Source of the DNA: a virus
Strand: one strand, 5' to 3'
IMG/VR virus record: IMGVR_UViG_3300006310_000773
DNA length: 64,000 bases
Numbering within the stretch: position 1 is the first letter of the stretch; each line of letters opens with the position of its first letter. The notes beneath the pieces are model-generated. The model did not search any database and had not been told where the DNA came from. It saw nothing but the letters and a program-made list of their open reading frames with translations. This document shows, one piece after another, positions 47,767 through 57,009 of the stretch. The translations under genes and the position numbers were made by a program.

Positions 47767-48662
47767 GATACATCGTCTCCATCAAGTGTTAAACTAAACC
47801 CAAAATCATCATCCGCTGCCGCATCTTCTGGTTTGGGTTTTATTCCAAGAGTTGCGGTTGTTTGTGTTGATGTATTTCCTAATAAATTTACGTCTGCAGA
47901 TTCTAAATAAAGTGATTCAGAATCTTCAGTTATTACGCTATTAATTGTAAATGCTGTACTACTTTCCAAAAGAAATCTATCTAAAGTACCAATATCCGCA
48001 TCCGCGTTTCCAGATACATTCTCAGGAACTATTATCTGAAGAGATATTTCCTTAATTGGTTTTCCACTAGTCGATAATTCTGGATACAGAAACGTTTTCA
48101 TTGTAAATTGCATATCCCATGATAAAGATCTTCTAGTTTCAAAATCTCCGTCATACGCATCTGTATAGTTAACAGAATTTAATATAATAGGACAATCGAC
48201 CGCAATATCCATTAAAGGTACAGTTTTAATAGTTACTGTAAATTCTGGTGTAAAATTTGGTAAAATCTGTTCAACAATTTGTGCAGCATCTTCTGCATTT
48301 TTTGCTAAAATAGCCAAATCAAAAATAAAATTATAAGGAACAGGATTATATTGTGTTCTTAATGTTCCAGATATAGAAGAAGAATTCTTACCAACAGTAT
48401 TCAATTTTCTTGTTCCATCATACATTATCTGACTCATCATAAACCCAATTCTAGGTAAAATTATTGCTGGAGTTCCTGCAAGAGCGGGATTTGCAATTCT
48501 AACCATAAATTTTTGTTTTGGTCCATAAGCAACAGGAATTTTTAAAGTTTCTACTACAACTCCGGATGAATTTACCCTTTTAACTGAAATATCATTAAAT
48601 AATGAACCAAAAGCAACAACCATTTTTCTGATTGTTTGATGATATGTCGATGTTCCAAACAT
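47757..48662 (-). CDS. g15: Tail sheath stabilizer/completion gp15
   Basis: FGSLFNDI, PVAYGPKQKF, QIVEQILPNFTP. Confidence 0.93.
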   Translation of the reverse strand: MFGTSTYHQTIRKMVVAFGSLFNDISVKRVNSSGVVVETLKIPVAYGPKQKFMVRIANPALAGTPAIILPRIGFMMSQIMYDGTRKLNTVGKNSSSISGTLRTQYNPVPYNFIFDLAILAKNAEDAAQIVEQILPNFTPEFTVTIKTVPLMDIAVDCPIILNSVNYTDAYDGDFETRRSLSWDMQFTMKTFLYPELSTSGKPIKEISLQIIVPENVSGNADADIGTLDRFLLESSTAFTINSVITEDSESLYLESADVNLLGNTSTQTTATLGIKPKPEDAAADDDFGFSLTLDGDDVSWT

Positions 48663-49507
48663 TATATGTTACCTTCAGAAAATGGATCTCTATCAGTGAA
48701 ATCAAATATTGAATCACTTTCAGTTTGAATACCTAAATTATTCGCCAGTGGATCTGTTAGAATTACCAGATCATCTGGCACTGCTGTCATAGACCAAGAT
48801 GCGGTACTTGCTACACCCACAACATCATATGCTGTAGTAATAGTACCAACAATATTTCCAACTCTCAAAGTCTTTGTAGTAGGAGCCCAAGAAAGAACTT
48901 TCATCGTAGCGTCTCCATTGCTACAATCTTCTCCTATCGTAAAAGTTCCTTCTCCTGAAGTAAATACCAAGTCCATCGAGTATCCATAATCTGTTTCAAT
49001 ATCGTCGATTGCCGCAATACCAGTATCCATATCCTCATGACTGTACTCAAACGTTTCACAAGTGAGAGTATATATTGGAAGATTCCCCAACTGATAAAAT
49101 ACTTTTTCATGTTCAACAAATCTAACTTCAAATAATTTATCATTTAATGGAAAATATATTAAATCTCCTTCATATGGTCTATCAAGTCTTCCTGGTATTT
49201 CTTCATCTTTCCACCGTCTTTGAGAAACATCTAAAATTACTTGATCTCGTATTTCAAGCCCAAATTGTCCTACCATATCACCTTCACCACTAAATCCATC
49301 AGTTGAATCAATATACATTTCTATTATATGTGCAGCTGAAAATTTAGAAGCGACATCTTCACTATACAAATTATCTACTGCAACTGATGTTCTAGGCAGA
49401 TAACTTATATCTATTCCATGTATTTTAATCGATTCTTCTACCAAATCGTTTAGTAAATTTTGTTCTGGTTGAAAATCAACATTTTGAAAATATGTAGATA
49501 CTGGCAT
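48662..49507 (-). CDS. g14: Neck protein gp14
   Basis: LVEESIKIHG, YLPR, RPYEGDLIYFP, FYQLG. Confidence 0.93.
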   Translation of the reverse strand: MPVSTYFQNVDFQPEQNLLNDLVEESIKIHGIDISYLPRTSVAVDNLYSEDVASKFSAAHIIEMYIDSTDGFSGEGDMVGQFGLEIRDQVILDVSQRRWKDEEIPGRLDRPYEGDLIYFPLNDKLFEVRFVEHEKVFYQLGNLPIYTLTCETFEYSHEDMDTGIAAIDDIETDYGYSMDLVFTSGEGTFTIGEDCSNGDATMKVLSWAPTTKTLRVGNIVGTITTAYDVVGVASTASWSMTAVPDDLVILTDPLANNLGIQTESDSIFDFTDRDPFSEGNI

Positions 49508-49510
49508 TTA

Positions 49511-50257
49511 TTATCCTACTGCAAAGTCGACTGGGAATTGATATTTTCCTTCTAAATCTTGTAACAATATTTCTATATTTGATTTAGCTTCATCTAAAAT
49601 TCTACCACCATCTAAAGTGGTTCCTCCAGGTAATTGTGTACCTTGATATTTAATTAAATTGTTTCCCCATTGTTTTCTAAACAATTCTGTAGTGTATTGT
49701 TTTAACCACATATCATTAAAAACATCCGTATGTGTAGTTGGATCAACGATTTGTACACATTCAGCAACGAGATAATCCCCCACATTAAATTCCTTAGACC
49801 AATCAACATCAACATATAATCTATCCTGATGCCTAGAAAATCTCATTCCTGGTTTCCCACTAAATACTTCTTGAAGTACTCCTAAATGTTGTTGTACTTG
49901 ATAGTATGATACTATTGAAGTTTTGGTTAAATCATAAATATCATTTAAATATAATTGATATCTAACATCAAACATGTTCTTTGTTGATCCACTATCCAAG
50001 GGAAAAACGGCTATAACACCAATAGTTGCCTCTAATAATGTAACGTATGAGTTATCAATATCATCTTGTGTTATTTCGTGTTTTAAAAATGTTTTAATTG
50101 TGGCATCTCCATGAAATTCTTGATACATTTGAAGACCTTCTTCCAATCTATCTTCCAGTTGATCCTCTTCAACATTGATCTGAATAACTGGTTTCCCTAA
50201 TGCCCTTAAACAATATTCTCTTAATTCTGTTCTTGACGCTGGTTGTGTAGCTGACAT
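49511..50257 (-). CDS. g13: Neck protein gp13
   Basis: YCLRALGKPVIQINV, QWGNNLIKY..LPGG.TLDG. Confidence 0.94.
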   Translation of the reverse strand: MSATQPASRTELREYCLRALGKPVIQINVEEDQLEDRLEEGLQMYQEFHGDATIKTFLKHEITQDDIDNSYVTLLEATIGVIAVFPLDSGSTKNMFDVRYQLYLNDIYDLTKTSIVSYYQVQQHLGVLQEVFSGKPGMRFSRHQDRLYVDVDWSKEFNVGDYLVAECVQIVDPTTHTDVFNDMWLKQYTTELFRKQWGNNLIKYQGTQLPGGTTLDGGRILDEAKSNIEILLQDLEGKYQFPVDFAVG

Positions 50258-50314
50258 AATGTTCCTATAACGGCGTTAATATATGTTATATTAACTATTT
50301 AGTAAGGTAAGTTT

Positions 50315-50986
50315 ATGGAAATTTTGATTACTGGACACAATGGTTTCATTGGTTCTAATCTCTACAATTATCTTAATTCATATCATAATATTTATGGAAT
50401 TGACTACCCAAATGACATATTAAATACTGAGTTACCTAAAGTTGATTGTGTAATACATTTGGCGGGATCAACAGGCGTCAGAGAAAGTCACAAAAATCCT
50501 AAAAAATATTTAGATAATAATATAAAAATAACTAAAAGAATATTTGATCATTATAAAGATACAAAAATTCTATTTGCATCCACCTCTTCTGTAAAAGAAT
50601 TACAAAGTCCATATGCAATATCAAAATATGCATGTGAACTTATTGCTCCCAAAAACGTTGTTATTATGAGGTTTTTTACTGTTTGGGGAGATTATAATTA
50701 TAGAAAAAATATGTTATATGGACTAGCCATAGAAGGTAAATTAGACTATATTACTGAACATAAAAGAGATTTTACTCATGTATATGAAGTTTGTAGAGCC
50801 ATTAAAATACTAATAGATAAAGGAGTTGGTGGAGAACTTTATGAAATTGGTCACGGAAAACCAATATCCCCCCTTGACTTTTTGAAAAAGATAGGGTATA
50901 ATAAGGTGTTACCGTTTAGGAAAGTTGAAGGTGAATCTAATATAACTTGTGCAGATCCAACTAAAATGGAAGAATTGGGATGGTAA
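50315..50986 (+). CDS. NAD-dependent epimerase/dehydratase
   Basis: ITGHNGFIG, HLAG, YAISK, RDFTHV. Confidence 0.85.
   Translation: MEILITGHNGFIGSNLYNYLNSYHNIYGIDYPNDILNTELPKVDCVIHLAGSTGVRESHKNPKKYLDNNIKITKRIFDHYKDTKILFASTSSVKELQSPYAISKYACELIAPKNVVIMRFFTVWGDYNYRKNMLYGLAIEGKLDYITEHKRDFTHVYEVCRAIKILIDKGVGGELYEIGHGKPISPLDFLKKIGYNKVLPFRKVEGESNITCADPTKMEELGW
50874..50902 (+). promoter_or_regulatory. Internal sigma70-type promoter
   Basis: TTGACT-17-TATAAT upstream of the 50980 ORF. Confidence 0.55.
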
Positions 50987-51501
50987 TTGACTACTTTAAA
51001 AATGATTGGAAACCTAATTGGAGCAAATATTCTTATAGCGGTTGGGAACTTCTAAACAAAATATCAAATAATGAAACCATACTTGATATAGGTTGTGGTT
51101 ATAATCTCTTTAAAGGACGTTATGGTGATAAATTATATGGTATTGATCCCGCCAATGACAGTGCAGATGAAGTAATATCTATTGAAAAATTCGATGCTGA
51201 CGGTAAACAATGGGATGTGGTTTTATGTCTCGGTAGTTTAAATTTTGGATCTATAGAAGATGTTGAACCACAAGTACAAAAAGCTGTAAAATTAACCAAA
51301 GTTGGTGGAAGATTATATTGGAGACAAAATCCAGGACTAAATGATCATCGTTGGAAAAATCAAGAAAATATTACATTTTTTCCTTGGACATTTGATCTGA
51401 ATTATAAATGGGCAAAAAAATATGGATGCACAGTTATGGGAATGTTATGGGACGACGCTAGAATTTATTCAGAATGGATTAAGGAGAATGAATGTGTTTA
51501 A
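50980..51501 (+). CDS. Class I SAM-dependent methyltransferase
   Basis: ILDIGCG, GIDP, WDVVLCLGSLNF. Confidence 0.75.
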   Translation: MVIDYFKNDWKPNWSKYSYSGWELLNKISNNETILDIGCGYNLFKGRYGDKLYGIDPANDSADEVISIEKFDADGKQWDVVLCLGSLNFGSIEDVEPQVQKAVKLTKVGGRLYWRQNPGLNDHRWKNQENITFFPWTFDLNYKWAKKYGCTVMGMLWDDARIYSEWIKENECV

Positions 51502-52594
51502 CTACTGCTTTATAACCTAATCCTTCATTAACAAATCTTACTGCATTTTTTAATGTTGATTCATTTACCGCTTCATACATTCTTTTTATAATAAACTCAG
51601 AGTCTTGTCCAATAAATACCCCATAATTTCCTAATTTTTTTAATCTTTCTTTTTGAAATTCCTCATCGAACCACGTTTTTGTTGCAATTGTTACCATATC
51701 ATGATAATATACACTATCCGTAGTCACAAAAAAACTTTTTTGAATACCATCTCTCCACAATCTCAATAAAACATATGCATCATAAACCTCTCCTTTGGGT
51801 TTAAATCCATGAGTTTGTTCAAATATATAATCGAAACATAATCCTTTAAGTTCAGGATTTGGATCATCTACCCATTGACCTGTTTTATAATTCATTTGAC
51901 AATGATGAAACCATATTTCAAGTTCATTGTTAGATAATGCTTTTTTATATTTTGCATTACCTGTATAATTCTGAAAGGTGTCTCTACTTACATTCAATTC
52001 TCCATTTACAAATGCTACAATCCGCGCTCCTCCACTTTTCATACCTTTAACAATAATTACTCTATCTTTAAAACATTTCATAAATTTATCCATATCATTA
52101 GTCTCTGGACACACCATTAGTCCCGCCGCGAAATGATCTGGTTCTGATCCACCCCCAGGATTAAGTGCGAATTTTTGTTTATGGAATTTTGGATTATAAT
52201 CTATCCTTTTGGGAATAAGCATATTGCCAGGATGAATTAATATTGGTTTATATTTTCTAAAATCATAATTTCCAACATCTTCTAATAATGTTGCCATAGC
52301 ATTTCCACCATGACTAGTCATCATATAATTACCGTATTTCAATTTACTTTCAAATTTTCTTAGAGCATTTTTTCCTCTATTTCCTGGGATATATTTAAAA
52401 TCTATTTGTTCAATATTACCTGATAAATTATTATTCATATGTTTACCCCAAAGCCATGCCCATCTCGAGGTTCCTCCTGGCTTTGGTGAACTAGGAATAA
52501 CTGCGTACATTGTATCAGCATTAACCTGGCTGACCATAACCATTGTACCAAAAACAAACAACATACATAATACTAATTGAATAAATTTAAACAT
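51479..52594 (-). CDS. tctC: Tripartite tricarboxylate transporter substrate-binding protein (TctC/Bug-like, divergent)
   Basis: Signal peptide; PGGTSRWA, PGNRG, NGELNV; coupled to tctA. Confidence 0.65.
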   Translation of the reverse strand: MFKFIQLVLCMLFVFGTMVMVSQVNADTMYAVIPSSPKPGGTSRWAWLWGKHMNNNLSGNIEQIDFKYIPGNRGKNALRKFESKLKYGNYMMTSHGGNAMATLLEDVGNYDFRKYKPILIHPGNMLIPKRIDYNPKFHKQKFALNPGGGSEPDHFAAGLMVCPETNDMDKFMKCFKDRVIIVKGMKSGGARIVAFVNGELNVSRDTFQNYTGNAKYKKALSNNELEIWFHHCQMNYKTGQWVDDPNPELKGLCFDYIFEQTHGFKPKGEVYDAYVLLRLWRDGIQKSFFVTTDSVYYHDMVTIATKTWFDEEFQKERLKKLGNYGVFIGQDSEFIIKRMYEAVNESTLKNAVRFVNEGLGYKAVVKHIHSP

Positions 52595-54032
52595 AATCCA
52601 CCTTTACTTTTTTACTAAAAATGACCATCAATATTGATAACAACATTATTATAATAACGAATGGTCTTATAATTATTTCTTGAAAACTATACAAATCTAT
52701 CAATTGATATGAAAATTGTTCTAATCTTTCACTCAAAATAAATCCCAACAATACCGCTGGCCTGCTAATTTTAAAATGCTTCAGTATAAACCCACAAAAT
52801 GAAAACACAATAAAAAATATTGAATCTTCTAAAATAAATTCATAAAAATTTGAACTTATTATTGCCCACCATGTAACAAGTGCAACAAATGCTATGAAAA
52901 AATATTTATTGATACGAAATATTTTAGATATCGGCCCGGCTAATAATAATCCAAAAATTGTAACTGAAATAGTGCCGACTAGATAACCAATTATTATAGA
53001 ATTTATAAAATTTTTATCCTCTAATATATATAAATCTCCCATAGGAAATCCAATATATTCCCATAATCCCATCGCGATCATTGCCCATGTTGCACCAGGA
53101 ATACCTATGAGAATAGTGGGTATTAATGCTCCTGCCTTGCCGGCATTATTAACTCCTTCTGGTGCGACTATACCTTCTGGCGCGCCCTTACCAAATGGAG
53201 TTGAAAATACCCTTTTCATTTTTGTCGCTATACTATAAGAAATCCATTCTGAACCGCCACCACCATATCCCGGCAATAGTCCATAGAAAAACCCAATTAA
53301 TCCCCCAACAAAACCATGTTTCCATAAACGTATTGCATCAATTATACCTTTTTTTATTTGTTTAAAGTCACTATTTTCTTTAACAGATTTCATATCAAAT
53401 TTACACAATGTATATAATTCTGGAATACAAAATAATCCTGATGCCAATACTGCAATACCTATACCGTCATAAAGATAATATTCCATTCCAAATGCAAATC
53501 TTGGATTTCCTGTAACATCAGAACCAATTGATCCTAAACCAACACCTATAATTACTGCTAAAATACCTTTTAATGGTTTATTACTTGATAATAAACTTAC
53601 ACTCAAAAAACTAAACAATATAATAACCCACATCTCAGGAACTTTCATATATTGTAAAATATATTCATATAATGGAAGAACAATAAGAAATGGAACAAAC
53701 CAAATAATACCTTGTATACCACTAGTGGTTAATGCTAAACTAATTGCGTAAGAACTTTGTCCTGCTTTGGTGAGTGGGAATCCATCAACCATTGTCGCCG
53801 CAGAAGAATTAGATCCGGGAATTCCAATATAAACTCCTGAAAAACTATCTCCTATTGTGCACGCAACAACCGCTGCCATAGAAAATGCGACAAATTCATA
53901 TGGTATATGTGAAAAATGATTTACAACACTAAACAGCATTATTAATGCTTTGGTGGGCCCTGAAACGGGAATTATGCCTATAAATAATCCATAAAGTGAA
54001 CCCAATATAGTCCACATCAACAATTCAAACAT
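52587..54032 (-). CDS. tctA: Tripartite tricarboxylate transporter permease TctA
   Basis: GIPG..SAATMVDGFPL, GAPEGIVAPEGVNNA, LIPTILIGIPG, LGFILSERLE; multi-TM. Confidence 0.9.
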   Translation of the reverse strand: MFELLMWTILGSLYGLFIGIIPVSGPTKALIMLFSVVNHFSHIPYEFVAFSMAAVVACTIGDSFSGVYIGIPGSNSSAATMVDGFPLTKAGQSSYAISLALTTSGIQGIIWFVPFLIVLPLYEYILQYMKVPEMWVIILFSFLSVSLLSSNKPLKGILAVIIGVGLGSIGSDVTGNPRFAFGMEYYLYDGIGIAVLASGLFCIPELYTLCKFDMKSVKENSDFKQIKKGIIDAIRLWKHGFVGGLIGFFYGLLPGYGGGGSEWISYSIATKMKRVFSTPFGKGAPEGIVAPEGVNNAGKAGALIPTILIGIPGATWAMIAMGLWEYIGFPMGDLYILEDKNFINSIIIGYLVGTISVTIFGLLLAGPISKIFRINKYFFIAFVALVTWWAIISSNFYEFILEDSIFFIVFSFCGFILKHFKISRPAVLLGFILSERLEQFSYQLIDLYSFQEIIIRPFVIIIMLLSILMVIFSKKVKVDYV

Positions 54033-54047
54033 AATTTTTATAATTCT

Positions 54048-54482
54048 TTATACGGGAAATACTTCTTTAGCTTCATTATTAAATATAATTTGACAATTAT
54101 CACATACTCTCTTTGCATAGTCATTTGCATCAGGAATACCTGTCTCACTTATAATATAATGTGCTTTCTCTACTGTTCTAGTCCACCCAATTCCCGCAGG
54201 CAATGTATCAAGAGGTTCATCTTTTATTTGGTCCCATCTTTTGTCAGAAAATATAAATGTTTTTTGAAATCCATTTCCATTTTGCGTAAGCTCGTCAGTT
54301 ACTACTAAATCACCATTTTCTAGATCATCATTTATATCATTGTCAGATGCCAGTAGATACTGTCCTTTGGCGGCTTCGATGTCATCACTGAACATTGCTA
54401 AAGCCTCAGATAAAGTTTCAAATGATGAAAAATCTAATTTTGAAAAAGATTTTTGAAAAGTTATAATAAGTCTTGCAGACAT
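54048..54482 (-). CDS. Hypothetical protein (paralog of 54530-54922)
   Basis: LTQNGNGFQKTFIFSDKRW...GIGWTR. Confidence 0.6.
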   Translation of the reverse strand: MSARLIITFQKSFSKLDFSSFETLSEALAMFSDDIEAAKGQYLLASDNDINDDLENGDLVVTDELTQNGNGFQKTFIFSDKRWDQIKDEPLDTLPAGIGWTRTVEKAHYIISETGIPDANDYAKRVCDNCQIIFNNEAKEVFPV

Positions 54483-54495
54483 TTTAAATTCCTTT

Positions 54496-54523
54496 TATTT
54501 ATATGGTTACATTTATATTTATA
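54496..54523 (-). promoter_or_regulatory. Tandem T4-type late promoters
   Basis: TATAAATA at 54496-54503 and 54516-54523. Confidence 0.6.
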
Positions 54524-54529
54524 TAAAGT

Positions 54530-54922
54530 TTAAATTTCTATTCGATTCCATCCGTTTCCTACTACAGGAACTGGAATTGATTGAACAATTGCCCATCGTT
54601 CATCAGTCCATGTTCTAGTAATTTTAAAACCAGTTTTGTCGACTGTCAATTCTTGTATGTGTTTTTCATACAGATAAGAATTCCAGGAATCATCTATCTC
54701 GTCGCCCCCTTTTGCTATCGTCCTAATTTCTTTTACTCCAGCGCCTTCTATTACTTTTTTAAATTTCGTATTAATTCCTAAAGTCTTAGATTGGGAGAGC
54801 TCCGCATCGAATGTATTAACTATATGAGGATTCGCCTTCTCAAATGCCATCTTTGCTTCCACGACAGTTGAATAAGTAGTTCCTGTAATATTTGTGAATA
54901 TGACTATGGTTGTTACTGACAT
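54530..54922 (-). CDS. Hypothetical protein (paralog of 54048-54482)
   Basis: LTVDKTGFKITRTWTDERW...GNGWNR. Confidence 0.6.
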   Translation of the reverse strand: MSVTTIVIFTNITGTTYSTVVEAKMAFEKANPHIVNTFDAELSQSKTLGINTKFKKVIEGAGVKEIRTIAKGGDEIDDSWNSYLYEKHIQELTVDKTGFKITRTWTDERWAIVQSIPVPVVGNGWNRIEI

Positions 54923-54924
54923 TT

Positions 54925-55533
54925 CTATTCTTCTTCGTATATAATGTAGTCCTTATATTTGTTGATACTTCTTTTTAAAATTTCATAGTGTTTTTGTTTA
55001 TTAACCCAAAAATGAGTAAAAAGTATAAATCTATCAGGATCATAATTACCACCATGAGTTGTATCTGTACTTCGTATAACACACCAATCAGTATCTATTG
55101 GCATTTTAGCTAAAACTGTTTCTCCATTATTTTTTTGAATATAAGGATTTTTAATATTGTTATCATATTGTATTGTCATTCGATAGCCACATGGTTGTAA
55201 ACTTTTTTCATGTTTCCATAAATCTGCGTTTTTATCTGGTGTTAAAAAATCAATATGCATTTCAGTAGCCTTTAAATAATTATTAATTCTAACATTAACT
55301 AGATGATCAATTGGTAAATTTTTATCAATATATTTTGTTAGAGAAGATTCTTCAATCCACGATGATTTACTATAATTTTTATTTGTTGTAGTAAATTTTT
55401 GATATTGAAATGCTTGAGCACCTGTTCCATCATCCGGCGGTGAGTCACCAACAAAATTATCTATAAGATCTTTTTTATATTGATATTTTGGAATGTCGAC
55501 TGGCATCCATAAAATATTATCAAAATTATTCAT
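54925..55533 (-). CDS. Putative 2OG-Fe(II) oxygenase/cupin-like protein
   Basis: MHID...THGG..R facial-triad-like pattern. Confidence 0.45.
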   Translation of the reverse strand: MNNFDNILWMPVDIPKYQYKKDLIDNFVGDSPPDDGTGAQAFQYQKFTTTNKNYSKSSWIEESSLTKYIDKNLPIDHLVNVRINNYLKATEMHIDFLTPDKNADLWKHEKSLQPCGYRMTIQYDNNIKNPYIQKNNGETVLAKMPIDTDWCVIRSTDTTHGGNYDPDRFILFTHFWVNKQKHYEILKRSINKYKDYIIYEEE

Positions 55534-55542
55534 ATTTCTTTC

Positions 55543-56124
55543 TTAACGTTTTTTAAATACAGTCATAAAATGTCTTTGTTGTCCTTCATCTTCAGTAAGT
55601 ATAGAATCAACTTTTTCCGAAGAAATAATATCCAAATATTCTTGATCTCTCCATCCAAATGCTGTAAGAGGATCATCATTTCCATGAGCTGATACTGATG
55701 CTACCATCATTCCATTTTTTTCTAAAGAATCTGAAAAGAATTTTGCTGTATCTGATTGAAGATGTGATTTGTTAAATCCTCCAATAATTGTTATACATTT
55801 ATATTTTCTTGGTAATGGAAATTCTTTCATATCATGCAAAATTATGTCACGATAATTAGTCGCCTCAAATGTATCAATCATTTTTTGATTAACATCATAT
55901 CCATCTATAATATAATCATTATTATTAAAACCAATACCAATCTGACCATTACCACATGCAACATCTGCTATTTCAGTACCTAATTCAAAATTCCTTTTTA
56001 CCCAATCACATGCATAACGTATAGGACCTTCCATCCAACCGACCTTCATTGTCCAAGCGTGATAATCCCAATCCTTATATAATTCTTCAACACTTTTACT
56101 ATAAACTTCATCAAGCCAAGTCAT
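55543..56124 (-). CDS. SAM-dependent methyltransferase
   Basis: IADVACGNG, DGYDVNQKM. Confidence 0.75.
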   Translation of the reverse strand: MTWLDEVYSKSVEELYKDWDYHAWTMKVGWMEGPIRYACDWVKRNFELGTEIADVACGNGQIGIGFNNNDYIIDGYDVNQKMIDTFEATNYRDIILHDMKEFPLPRKYKCITIIGGFNKSHLQSDTAKFFSDSLEKNGMMVASVSAHGNDDPLTAFGWRDQEYLDIISSEKVDSILTEDEGQQRHFMTVFKKR

Positions 56125-56127
56125 ATT

Positions 56128-57009
56128 TTATTCCTTTATAATAGTTGTGTAATCAAATGCGACTCTCCATAATTCTCTAGACTTATTCACAACATGTGAA
56201 CGTCTATGTATAGTATACAATTGATCCATAATTAATAAATCTCCCTTTTTAAATACAAAATGTTTTTGATATATTGACCTATCTAATATTTTTTTAAGTT
56301 TATCTTTTATAATATTTACATCTATCAACTTTCCATTTTTCCATGCCTTTTCTGTTAAAGATGGTTGCCAATATAAAAATTCTTCTCCACCAATTGGATG
56401 AACATTCACAATTGACATGCGTTCATCTCCCTTATGATGTGCCGGAATAGTATAATCTTTCACAACAGCAATCTCATTATCCTTGCCGGCCATTGTGTAT
56501 TTCACTTCATGCGCCATCATGTTCCCAATTGCTTCCCGGTCAGCCCGATCCTTTTGTGCGTCATCTATAGATCCGAATACGCCATAATTAAAATTATTTA
56601 ATTGTATTTCAACAGTACGCCAGTAATCTTTTTCATTATTAGGTAAATCTAAAAAAGATCTTCTTTGATCTAATAAACTAAAAACAGTATCACGACATTC
56701 TTCCACACAATACAAAGCAGTTAATATTTCTTTAAAATCTCCTATATGTATCATAGTACCATCCCCATGCCACTCTAAATCTGCCATACCAAACAAACCT
56801 TTATACATTACTCTCGATATATCTGGATTATCTTTTGGATTAAAAGGCATGTAACCCAACACATCATCGTCTGTATTTCCTATACGCCTACAATAATTAA
56901 CTAATTGAGATTGAGTTAAATTCTGTTCGTGATAAAAAGTATAGCCATGTTTTAATACTTTCTGTATTTCTGATTTTAATTCTAAATCTGTAAATTCTAA
57001 TACTTGCAT
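56128..57009 (-). CDS. TauD/TfdA-family dioxygenase
   Basis: WHGDG, ALYC, HP, GDLLIMDQ..TIHRR, RELWR. Confidence 0.82.
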   Translation of the reverse strand: MQVLEFTDLELKSEIQKVLKHGYTFYHEQNLTQSQLVNYCRRIGNTDDDVLGYMPFNPKDNPDISRVMYKGLFGMADLEWHGDGTMIHIGDFKEILTALYCVEECRDTVFSLLDQRRSFLDLPNNEKDYWRTVEIQLNNFNYGVFGSIDDAQKDRADREAIGNMMAHEVKYTMAGKDNEIAVVKDYTIPAHHKGDERMSIVNVHPIGGEEFLYWQPSLTEKAWKNGKLIDVNIIKDKLKKILDRSIYQKHFVFKKGDLLIMDQLYTIHRRSHVVNKSRELWRVAFDYTTIIKE

